Source: Thermoproteota archaeon (lineage in GTDB: Archaea; Korarchaeota; Korarchaeia; Korarchaeales; Korarchaeaceae). From it: a stretch of 32,067 bases of DNA. The notes under the pieces are model-generated. The model saw nothing but the letters and a program-made list of their open reading frames with translations, made no database searches and was not told where the DNA came from. Shown piece after piece: positions 18,215 through 25,999 of the stretch. The stretch is taken from the NCBI GenBank assembly GCA_037917625.1, contig JAVCBY010000056.1, positions 1-32,067 on the forward strand. The letters run 5' to 3'. Both the position numbers and the translations under genes were made by a program. How positions within the stretch are numbered: the stretch's first letter is position 1; each line of letters begins with the position of its first letter.

Positions 18215-19198
18215 ATGCCGAGGAGGGATGATGAGATCCCGGTGTACGCCCCTGAGATACCCATTAGGGGGAGACCTAGCCCTAAAGTTTTTATGATTGT
18301 TTTCATAATCTTGATAATTTTGCTTCTATCTTACCTCAGCGTATACGTTGTGGATCTAGGCTACGCAGCTGTTACAGTAGACCCTCTAACCGGGAAGATC
18401 TCGGATCCTATCGTAGGACCTAGGGTAGCACTTAAGATGCCTTGGCAATCCGTCAAGCAGGTTTACATAGCTACGGATGTCTTACACATGTGGACTGATG
18501 TGAATGCAACGAGTTACGGTTACGGTAGCTCCATAGGAGATTATCCGGCTGTGGAAACTCTCACCAAAGATGGCTTACAAGCTTGGATCGATATCACTGT
18601 GAGGTGGCACATCTCCCCAAGCTCCTTACCAGTCCTCGTGAGGAATTATCCTGCTATAGATTATGAGGACAAGCTTATAGTCCCAGCAATAAGGCAGGTT
18701 TGCAGAGATGTTGTATCGAATTATGAGGCAGCAGAGGTTCCTTTGGCCAGGGGGAAGATAGGTGTTGAGATCTTCGAGGCCCTTCAGTCTTCTCTGAGCA
18801 AGGATCCCACGACTGGAGGAGGCATAATATTGGATGAAGTTTATATCAGGAACATAAGGCTGCCTGATGAGTTCCTGAAGGCAATACAGGAGAAGCTGAC
18901 CTCTCAGCAGAGGATGATAGCTGCATACTTTGAGAGGAACAGGACGCTCATCCTAGCTAACGCTAGCGCTACTGCCAAGGTCTTAGAAGCTGAAGGAGAA
19001 GCAAAATCCAGACTCATACTGATAAATGCCACCTCTGAAATCGTTGATATACTCGTTAAGAAGGGAGCTAAGTCAGATGAGATAGCCTCACTCCTCGTGT
19101 ACATGGAGGGGCTGAAGGATATCTCTAAATCTAATGCCACTATAGTAATCGCGGGCGGCAACATCCCCCTAATATATCCCATAAGGGGAGGTGGTTGA
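18215..19198 (+). CDS. SPFH/band-7/prohibitin-family membrane protein
   Basis: N-terminal TM helix; motifs KMPWQSV, LTKDGL, IRNIRLP, AIQEK and an Ala/Glu coiled coil (AEGEAKS). ATG 18215 follows AAGGTGAG; GTG 18206 is an alternative. Confidence 0.9.
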   Translation: MPRRDDEIPVYAPEIPIRGRPSPKVFMIVFIILIILLLSYLSVYVVDLGYAAVTVDPLTGKISDPIVGPRVALKMPWQSVKQVYIATDVLHMWTDVNATSYGYGSSIGDYPAVETLTKDGLQAWIDITVRWHISPSSLPVLVRNYPAIDYEDKLIVPAIRQVCRDVVSNYEAAEVPLARGKIGVEIFEALQSSLSKDPTTGGGIILDEVYIRNIRLPDEFLKAIQEKLTSQQRMIAAYFERNRTLILANASATAKVLEAEGEAKSRLILINATSEIVDILVKKGAKSDEIASLLVYMEGLKDISKSNATIVIAGGNIPLIYPIRGGG

Positions 19199-19612
19199 TT
19201 GAGGTCCTTTGAACTCAAGAGGGTTCACATACTCAGGGTGGATCAGGGGAAGGAAGTCTTGAGCGAAATTTTGAGAGCGTGCGAGGAGAGTGGCATTAAA
19301 GCAGCAATTATAATTGGACTGGGACTTCTTTCGAGAAGCAGGATAGCTTTTTTCGATACAGAAACTCAGAGCTATAGGTATATGGATCTAGAGGAACCTA
19401 TGGAACTCGCCTCATTAATAGGAAATGTGAGCATGAAGGATGGTAGGCCATTCGCTCATATACACGTAGTACTGGGGAATGAGAGGAGAACTTCAGCGGG
19501 CCACTTGATCGAAGGTTATGTAGGTGGAACTGCTGAGATCAAGATCTTCGAGCTTGAAGGAGAACTTGTGAGAGATATTGTCAGCGGAGGGCTCGTCCTT
19601 CTCAACGTTTAA
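19199..19612 (+). CDS. PPC/DUF296-domain protein
   Basis: Motifs ELASLIGNVS, HIHVVLG, AGHL (three Zn-binding His). Confidence 0.88.
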   Translation: MRSFELKRVHILRVDQGKEVLSEILRACEESGIKAAIIIGLGLLSRSRIAFFDTETQSYRYMDLEEPMELASLIGNVSMKDGRPFAHIHVVLGNERRTSAGHLIEGYVGGTAEIKIFELEGELVRDIVSGGLVLLNV

Positions 19613-20475
19613 GTCCCACTCAAGGACTCCTTCAGATACTCAACGAGCAACTCGAGTTCCTCAAGCGCCCTCCTCCTTTTTCTGTTGACTTCATCACAAT
19701 TTAGAAGATCTACATCCATCTTTAACGTTATGGGTGTTATGGAAATAGCTCTCTCCACTGTCAGAGCATAAAGATCTGTCCCTCTATCTTTCTCAGTCAC
19801 TGGAACAGGGTTTCCGCCGAGCCAATAATAAGGATTTCCCCTCGTGTCCATCCTCTCAAGCACATAGTTCTCGTACTTCGCTCTAGCTAATCTCGTTATC
19901 CTTATAGGAGTATCTTGGGAGATCCTATAGGGGAAATTTACGTTCAGAAGATCCACACCTTCTGGCATCCCCCTCCTGAGGATCCAATCAGTTATCCTCG
20001 CTGCTATCCTCGCATGCGTGAGAAACCTATCCACTGGTCTACTTAACTGCCCCCCTGGGATCTCGACGCTGAAGGCTGAGGACTTTATGCCCATTATAGA
20101 GGCCTGCAAGGCGGCAGCTATTGTACCACTCGTGAATATATTATCCAATGTTATATTATCGCCTATATTTATCCCAGATACGACTATATCAGGCGTTGAA
20201 TTCATTATGAATTTTAAAGCGACCGTCACAGCATCACCAGGGGTTCCACTGACTGTGAAAGCCTCCCTATAGCCGAACCCACCGACCTTGACTGGCAACT
20301 TCCTTATCCTCAGGGGTTTATGTAAAGTTATTCCCTTGCCGGCAGCACTCATCTCATGCTCAGGGACGACTACAGTTACCTTACCTATTTTCGCCTCCAA
20401 TAAAGCTATCCAAAAAGCTCTGAATGGAGCTGAGTGAACTCCATCATCATTCGTTAAGAGTAACTCACTTTCCAT
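19609..20475 (-). CDS. surE: 5'/3'-nucleotidase SurE
   Basis: Motifs LLTNDDG, GTPGD, VVSGIN, SGT, NVNFP, YYW. Confidence 0.95.
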   Translation of the reverse strand: MESELLLTNDDGVHSAPFRAFWIALLEAKIGKVTVVVPEHEMSAAGKGITLHKPLRIRKLPVKVGGFGYREAFTVSGTPGDAVTVALKFIMNSTPDIVVSGINIGDNITLDNIFTSGTIAAALQASIMGIKSSAFSVEIPGGQLSRPVDRFLTHARIAARITDWILRRGMPEGVDLLNVNFPYRISQDTPIRITRLARAKYENYVLERMDTRGNPYYWLGGNPVPVTEKDRGTDLYALTVERAISITPITLKMDVDLLNCDEVNRKRRRALEELELLVEYLKESLSGT

Positions 20476-21181
20476 ACTTAGACCTCAGTGATCTGAGCAG
20501 ATCCATCGCGTATTTCTCCTCAGGTTGTGAGCCCACTGAGGTATCCAAGATCACCTCATCTCCATCTTCCCTCAGTAATATGACGTTATGAGGAACTGCT
20601 GAGACTTGATAATTATCAGCTAAATCGGGATTCTCGTATGCCTCTATGCAATCAGCCTCTAAGATCCCCCTCAATTCTATAGCGAATTTGTTCGCGAGAA
20701 GGACCTGGTAGGGGCAGTATGGACAAGTTGGTGTGACAAAGGTCATTATATGTACATCGTTTAAATGATCAAATTGACGGATAAAGTTCAGAATTTCCTT
20801 GGTCCTCTCACTCAATCCGCTCTCATCCCTACTGAGTAATATGATCGTTTCGACGAAAGCCCAAGCCTCATATCCCAGTGGGGCACCTATATATCTTATC
20901 TTGTAACCTTTCCTAGGATCTAGAAGTATTGTCGGAGTCCTAGTGACGTTGAATTCCTCCAGGGCTTCCGGATCTATTTTGACATCTATTACCCTCACTT
21001 CTATCATATCTGACAAGTCCCCCAGCTCTAAGAGTAAGCTCTCCGTCCACTCAGAGTATTCCTCATTCCCGAGCCCCTTTAACAAGAGAATTTCAACGGG
21101 TCTAACCATCTCCGATTCAAACCTGGCTCTAAGCTGAGCAGCTGTTTGTTCATCTATTATACTCTCCTTCTTCGATGGCAT
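20465..21181 (-). CDS. Protein disulfide oxidoreductase (PDO/AhpF-N-like, two thioredoxin folds) with a single CxxC
   Basis: Motifs RTPTI, IRYIGAPLGYE, FVTPTCPYCP, VSAVP, GSQPE. Confidence 0.88.
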   Translation of the reverse strand: MPSKKESIIDEQTAAQLRARFESEMVRPVEILLLKGLGNEEYSEWTESLLLELGDLSDMIEVRVIDVKIDPEALEEFNVTRTPTILLDPRKGYKIRYIGAPLGYEAWAFVETIILLSRDESGLSERTKEILNFIRQFDHLNDVHIMTFVTPTCPYCPYQVLLANKFAIELRGILEADCIEAYENPDLADNYQVSAVPHNVILLREDGDEVILDTSVGSQPEEKYAMDLLRSLRSKYGK

Positions 21182-21668
21182 ACTTCCACCGACTCGAGAT
21201 GAATTGGATCTATTTAAAAATTCGTGATCGATTGATTGATGACCTTTAAGATGCCTGATCTTAGTTCAGGTGCTTCATCATTGGATCAGGATCCCTTTAG
21301 AGATCTGCGCTATCTATCATACTTAATATGGGGCGCTCTCTAAGAGCTTCTCCTATAGATGGACTTATCCGCGATATAACCTCTAGAGAACTCCTTCACG
21401 TAGAGTTTATCGCATATGCTAATTCATTTCGCTCCAAGAGATATTGAATATCCAGTTAGTTAATCTATTTTTTTCTATATCTTTGAGATTCATAAAAAAG
21501 ATCTGTTTATTTTTTATACTACGTATCATGCTTCTAAATTTATCATGTAAAGGGCAATTACACTTACAAATTCATATAAAGATTAAGAATATATAAAAGT
21601 ATTTTTGAGGAGAGTGATCAGATATCTTTTTACCTTATAACCTTCCCTTATAACGGGGTGATGTCCCT

Positions 21669-22256
21669 CTGATAGAGATAAGATGGCACGGAAGAGGGGG
21701 CCAAGGTGTTTGGAGTGGTTCTGCCGTTCTCGCTTATGCCGCGATAAAAGCTGGAAAATATGCACAATCTTTCCCTCAATTCGGACCTGAGAGGCTAGGT
21801 GGTCCTGTTACAGCATTCAATAGGATAGATGATGAGCCCATAGTCGAGAGAGGACCTATATATGAGCCCGATATAGTCATCGTCATAGATCCTAGCTTAG
21901 TGAATCCTAAGTATGTTCCCTCGCTCATAGAAGGATTGAAGCCTGGCGGTAAGCTATTACTCAATTCTGAGAGCGATCCTTCATCTATCAGATCGCAATT
22001 AAGTATCTCAGACGAATTCGAAGTCTGGAGCGTGGATGCAACAACTATAGCATTAGAGGAAATTGGGAGGGCCTCTCCTAATACTACGATGCTTGGATTA
22101 CTCTTAGCGGCCACGAACTTACTGTCGGTCGAGTACCTTGAAGAAGGGATAAGGTGGAGATGGTCCGGTGATGTGGCCCAGAAGAACATAAACGCATTGA
22201 AGAGGGCGATGAAGGAGGCCTCCGTTGATCGCGCGAGGGAGGTGATTAAGGCTTGA
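21669..22256 (+). CDS. porC: Pyruvate/2-ketoisovalerate:ferredoxin oxidoreductase gamma subunit (CTG start)
   Basis: The frame extends 77 codons upstream of the listed ORF and gives (M)IEIRWHGRGGQG...FGPERLGGPV, then NTTMLG. In-frame stop at 21651. GGGGTGAT SD before the CTG. Confidence 0.9.
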   Translation: MIEIRWHGRGGQGVWSGSAVLAYAAIKAGKYAQSFPQFGPERLGGPVTAFNRIDDEPIVERGPIYEPDIVIVIDPSLVNPKYVPSLIEGLKPGGKLLLNSESDPSSIRSQLSISDEFEVWSVDATTIALEEIGRASPNTTMLGLLLAATNLLSVEYLEEGIRWRWSGDVAQKNINALKRAMKEASVDRAREVIKA

Positions 22257-22528
22257 GCTCCAGCTTAGTTGGTTGGAAGGATCTTCCAATAGGCGCTGTT
22301 GCCTTTATAAGCGCGAAGGAGTATCCGACAGGCGAATGGGCTGTATTTCAGCCGAAAATCGATGAGAGTAAATGTATAAAATGCGGCCTTTGCTGGATGT
22401 ACTGCCCAGATAGCGTCTATAGGTGGGATGGAGAAAGCGTCCCGGTGCCCGACCTCGATCATTGTAAGGGATGCGGCATTTGCGAGGTTGAATGTCCCAC
22501 CAAAGCTATCCAGATGGTGAGGGTTTGA
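22253..22528 (+). CDS. porD: 2-oxoacid:ferredoxin oxidoreductase delta subunit (2x[4Fe-4S])
   Basis: Motifs TGEW, CIKCGLCWMYCP, CKGCGICEVECP. Confidence 0.95.
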   Translation: MSSSLVGWKDLPIGAVAFISAKEYPTGEWAVFQPKIDESKCIKCGLCWMYCPDSVYRWDGESVPVPDLDHCKGCGICEVECPTKAIQMVRV

Positions 22529-22541
22529 GGGGGTGTTCGGT

Positions 22542-23774
22542 ATGTTGAAGCAGGTTAAGGGAACTATGATGGCGCTCAATGGTGATGAAGCGGTCGCATG
22601 GGCCGTGAAGCAGAGCAATGTTGATGTAGTTTCAGCCTACCCAATAACCCCTCAGACAATAATAGTTGAGAGGATATCTGAATTCGTCAACAATGGTGAG
22701 ATGGATGCCGAATTCATACACGTAGAGAGCGAGCACAGCGCATTGAGTGCAGCATGGGGAGCGGCTTTAGCTGGCGCTAGAGCATTCACAGCAACTGCAG
22801 CAAATGGTTTAGCGTTAATGTGGGAAATTTTGTACATTACAGCATCAACTAGAGTTCCTGTTGTGATGGCTGTCGTAAATAGGGCTTTGAGCGCACCAAT
22901 AAACATACATAATGACCACAGCGATACGATGGGAGCTAGAGACTCTGGTTGGATACAGATATACAGTGAAGATGCCCAAGAAACATATGATAACACGATA
23001 ATGGCTTTCAAAATTGCCGAACAAGCACTATTTCCCGTGATGGTTACCCTAGATGGATTCACAATCTCTCATACACTCCAGAATGTTATAGTGCTCCTGG
23101 ACGAAGTCGTCTCGGACTTCGTAGGCGTGAGGAAGATCCCCAGGATAAAGTTACCTAGGATTCATGGTGAGAAGGAGATACCGTTGATGCTCAACCCCAA
23201 GTACCCGATAACCTTCGGTCCACTTGACCTCTATGACTATTACTTCGAGCACAAAGTCCAGCAGAATGAGGCTATGAAGGAGACTTTCCCAGTGATAGAG
23301 AGGGTCCATAGGGAGTATGGGGAGATCAGCGGGAGGTCTTACGAGCCCGTCTTCATGATCCCCTACAGGACTGAGGATGCGGATGTAGTGATCTTCGGGC
23401 TCTCCTCAACGATGAGTGTAGTGAGGAAGGTAGTGGATGAGCTTAGGGCGGAAGGGAAGAAGGTCGGTGCGATTAGGCTCAGGGTATTCAGACCATTCCC
23501 AGCGGATATGATCAGGAAGGAGCTCTCAAAGTTCCACGCAGTCGGCGTCCTAGATAGATGCATAAGCTTCGGAGGCGAAGGAGGTCCTCTCTTCACAGAG
23601 GTAAGATCTTCACTGTATAGGTCAAGATCCAGGCCTATAGTACATGATTACATATATGGACTGGGAGGAAGGGATCTTCCGCGCAGACTTATAGCTAAAA
23701 TCTTTGAAGAGCTTCTCTCCGCTAGGGAGGAGCCGGAGTCACCTGTGATAAGATATGTGGGGGTGAGGGAGTGA
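22542..23774 (+). CDS. porA: 2-oxoacid:ferredoxin oxidoreductase alpha subunit
   Basis: Motifs AYPITPQT, ESEHSA, NRALSAPINIHNDH, DGF, GLGGRD. ATG 22542 follows GAGGGGGTG. Confidence 0.95.
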   Translation: MLKQVKGTMMALNGDEAVAWAVKQSNVDVVSAYPITPQTIIVERISEFVNNGEMDAEFIHVESEHSALSAAWGAALAGARAFTATAANGLALMWEILYITASTRVPVVMAVVNRALSAPINIHNDHSDTMGARDSGWIQIYSEDAQETYDNTIMAFKIAEQALFPVMVTLDGFTISHTLQNVIVLLDEVVSDFVGVRKIPRIKLPRIHGEKEIPLMLNPKYPITFGPLDLYDYYFEHKVQQNEAMKETFPVIERVHREYGEISGRSYEPVFMIPYRTEDADVVIFGLSSTMSVVRKVVDELRAEGKKVGAIRLRVFRPFPADMIRKELSKFHAVGVLDRCISFGGEGGPLFTEVRSSLYRSRSRPIVHDYIYGLGGRDLPRRLIAKIFEELLSAREEPESPVIRYVGVRE

Positions 23775-24754
23775 TGTCCGCTTGGAAGCCCGATATAAAG
23801 GAGTTAGCTAGGAGGGAGCTTCAGACAAGGCCTATAGAGTCCGGGCATAGGCTTTGTGCGGGTTGCGGAGCGGGAATCATAATAAGGCAGATAGCTATGG
23901 CCGCGAGGAAGCCCATAGTTTGGATCACAGCGACTGGCTGCGTTGAGGTCGCGACCACTATATTCCCATACACTTCCTGGAACGTCCCTTGGGCTCACAA
24001 TGCTTTCGAAAATGCGGCTGCTGTGGGCTCTGGTGTTGAAGCCGCTAGGAAGAAGCTTTTCAGGTCGAAGAGATTCCAGAATGATCCTGATGTTGAGTTA
24101 GACTATGATGTTGTCGTCCTCGGAGGGGACGGAGGGACTTATGATATAGGGCTTCAAGCAATATCAGGAGCCTTCGAAAGGGGTGATAGGATCCTCTACG
24201 TCCTATACGATAACGAGGCTTACATGAACACTGGTATCCAAAGGTCAGGAGGCACTCCATTTGGAGCTAGGACGACTACCACACCAGTTGGCAGCGTCAT
24301 AAAGGGTAAAATACGGTTCAAGAAGCCGATAGTAGACATAATGGTTGCCCACAGGATACCATACGCTGCAACAATATCCTCAGCGTACTGGAACGATGCG
24401 ATAATCAAGCTTAGGAAGGGATTCGAGGCTGAAGGGCCTGCTTTCATTCATGCTTTCTCGACGTGTCCTCTCGGATGGGGTAATGAGACATCTGAGACGA
24501 TCAAGATCATGAAGTTGGCTGTTGAGACATGCGTCTTCCCTCTATATGAGGTCGAGAATGGTCAATACAAGTTAACTGGTCCTACATTAGCTATAGCGAG
24601 GAATCCAGATAGGAAGAAGCCTGTAGAGGAATACTTAAAGCTCCAAGCGAGATTCAGACATATGTTAAGGCCAGAGAATAAATGGATGATCGAGAAGTTC
24701 CAAGAGTGGGTTGATAGAGAGTGGGAGCTCCTCTTGAAGAGAGCCGGCTTCTAA
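23771..24754 (+). CDS. porB: 2-oxoacid:ferredoxin oxidoreductase beta subunit (TPP-binding)
   Basis: Motifs GHRLCAGC, TGC, GGDG...YDNEAYMNTGIQRS, CPLGW. Confidence 0.95.
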   Translation: MMSAWKPDIKELARRELQTRPIESGHRLCAGCGAGIIIRQIAMAARKPIVWITATGCVEVATTIFPYTSWNVPWAHNAFENAAAVGSGVEAARKKLFRSKRFQNDPDVELDYDVVVLGGDGGTYDIGLQAISGAFERGDRILYVLYDNEAYMNTGIQRSGGTPFGARTTTTPVGSVIKGKIRFKKPIVDIMVAHRIPYAATISSAYWNDAIIKLRKGFEAEGPAFIHAFSTCPLGWGNETSETIKIMKLAVETCVFPLYEVENGQYKLTGPTLAIARNPDRKKPVEEYLKLQARFRHMLRPENKWMIEKFQEWVDREWELLLKRAGF

Positions 24755-24756
24755 CA

Positions 24757-24770
24757 CCCTTTTTATTTCA
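24757..24770 (+). terminator. Putative oligo-T terminator of the por operon
   Basis: CCCTTTTTATTTC directly follows the porB stop, in the convergent intergenic gap. Confidence 0.5.
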
Positions 24771-24805
24771 GAAAAATAACGGAAGATGGTATTAAAAGTT
24801 AAAGT

Positions 24806-25054
24806 TTAGAACTCCTCTTCCTCCTCCCAGAAGGTCTCTTCCTCACCCTCCTCCCAGAAGTCCTCGTCCTCTAGCCATTCTTCCTCCTCTAGGCCTTCCT
24901 CCAGTGGGATAACGTCCTTCAACTCGCCTCTCTCTATCCTGACGTCAAGCAGCGTACCGCAGTTTGGGCACTGCAGCTCTCCCTCGTAATCATCCTCATC
25001 TAGGTAAAATTCGTAACCACATACCGGGCAAGCGATCTCTGGCAAGATCTTCAC
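24806..25054 (-). CDS. LysW-like zinc-ribbon protein with long acidic tail
   Basis: CPVCG-x(15)-CPNCGTLLDV, then an E/W-rich tail. Strong GCGAAA-TG-TATATATA promoter about 24-31 nt upstream (leaderless). Confidence 0.75.
   Translation of the reverse strand: MKILPEIACPVCGYEFYLDEDDYEGELQCPNCGTLLDVRIERGELKDVIPLEEGLEEEEWLEDEDFWEEGEEETFWEEEEEF
24820..24860. repeat. 14-bp direct repeat, 27-bp period, inside the acidic tail
   Basis: CCTCCTCCCAGAAG at 24820-24833 and 24847-24860 (encodes FWEE twice). Confidence 0.85.
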
Positions 25055-25077
25055 CGAGGCGCAGGGCTCGATGACCC

Positions 25078-25093
25078 TATATATACATTTCGC
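25078..25093 (-). promoter_or_regulatory. BRE + TATA for the LysW-like gene
   Basis: The minus strand reads GCGAAATGTATATATA. Confidence 0.65.
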
Positions 25094-25101
25094 TCCTCTT
25101 C

Positions 25102-25533
25102 CTACTCCATGGAACTCCTAGAAGTACTAATACCTGTGACTTCCCTCATGCGTCTTATAGCTAAGAGCATTAGCGCAAGTTCCACGATCCCTCCGATCAG
25201 CGAGAGGGAGAAGAGCCTGAATCCTACCTCTATATCCTCCCCGAAGGGGCATGCTTCGACACATGGGTTAGCGACGTAATTCATGTAACCTAACAGGCCA
25301 TAAGATGAAATAATTATTATAAATACTGCGATTGCTGTAGCAATAATTCCAATTTTTCTCTTGAATATTGATATTGCTTGTACTGGAATAAGAGTGAGAT
25401 AACTGTACCTCAGGATGTAACATGAGAGACAAGGCTTCACTAAGAGCACATATTCTGTGTAAAAGCTTATCATTTCCCCCGATAGTGCTATTAAAATACC
25501 TAGGATCATAATGTCCCTATAACTCATCCTCAT
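25102..25533 (-). CDS. DsbB-like disulfide bond formation membrane protein
   Basis: Four TM segments; PCLSCYILRY (DsbB PCxxCxxxR motif) after TM1; second Cys pair NPCVEACP. ATG 25533 fits the TTTTTAAA TATA; GTG 25554 is an alternative. Confidence 0.75.
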   Translation of the reverse strand: MRMSYRDIMILGILIALSGEMISFYTEYVLLVKPCLSCYILRYSYLTLIPVQAISIFKRKIGIIATAIAVFIIIISSYGLLGYMNYVANPCVEACPFGEDIEVGFRLFSLSLIGGIVELALMLLAIRRMREVTGISTSRSSME

Positions 25534-25693
25534 ATCAGGAATCGGGACTTTCACTTTAAAAATGCTATTCTAAATTCGCCGTATAAGCTGTAGCTCTTGA
25601 AGAATGCACTAAAATCACTTCTCAGGGAAATAGGAACTTATTGCTGCCGTTAGCTGGAAATATGATACTCTAATAGGCTCAGGAGTTATATAG

Positions 25694-25942
25694 TCATCTT
25701 TCATGAAGGCTGACATAGAGGAGCTCATTCCCCCTCCAGATAGCTATTATTCTATGATGCGGTATCTCCCTTCCATCCTTTAGGATGATCCTATCTGATC
25801 TTACCTCTATCTCATCTCCTCTAACTTCGTTGATATCATTGGGCATCCCTCTATCCCTGAAAACTATCCTATAATCTTCCCTCCTGTTCCTAGTATCCCA
25901 TATCATCGACTCTAATACCGAGCGGACCTTTCCCTTCCTCAT
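25694..25942 (-). CDS. DUF504/UPF0248 (MJ1316-like RNA repair) domain protein
   Basis: Motifs VLESMIWD, IVFRDRG, IPHHRI. Confidence 0.85.
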   Translation of the reverse strand: MRKGKVRSVLESMIWDTRNRREDYRIVFRDRGMPNDINEVRGDEIEVRSDRIILKDGREIPHHRIIAIWRGNELLYVSLHER

Positions 25943-25999
25943 ATGATATCATGGTAGTTAAAGTAAAAACCCGAGAGTGGTATAGCGCGAGGGATAGAA

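Noticed and set aside
21243..21254. Putative C/D guide CCTTTAAGATGC against the conserved 16S segment CUUAAAGG
   Set aside because: Only about 8 nt of complementarity (from memory of the rRNA consensus) and no complete C'/D pair, so no target can be assigned.
21420..21630. AT-rich tract considered as a replication origin
   Set aside because: No repeated ORB-like elements (TCCA...GAAA...G-string) and no adjacent cdc6/orc1. Better explained as por promoter and terminator sequence.
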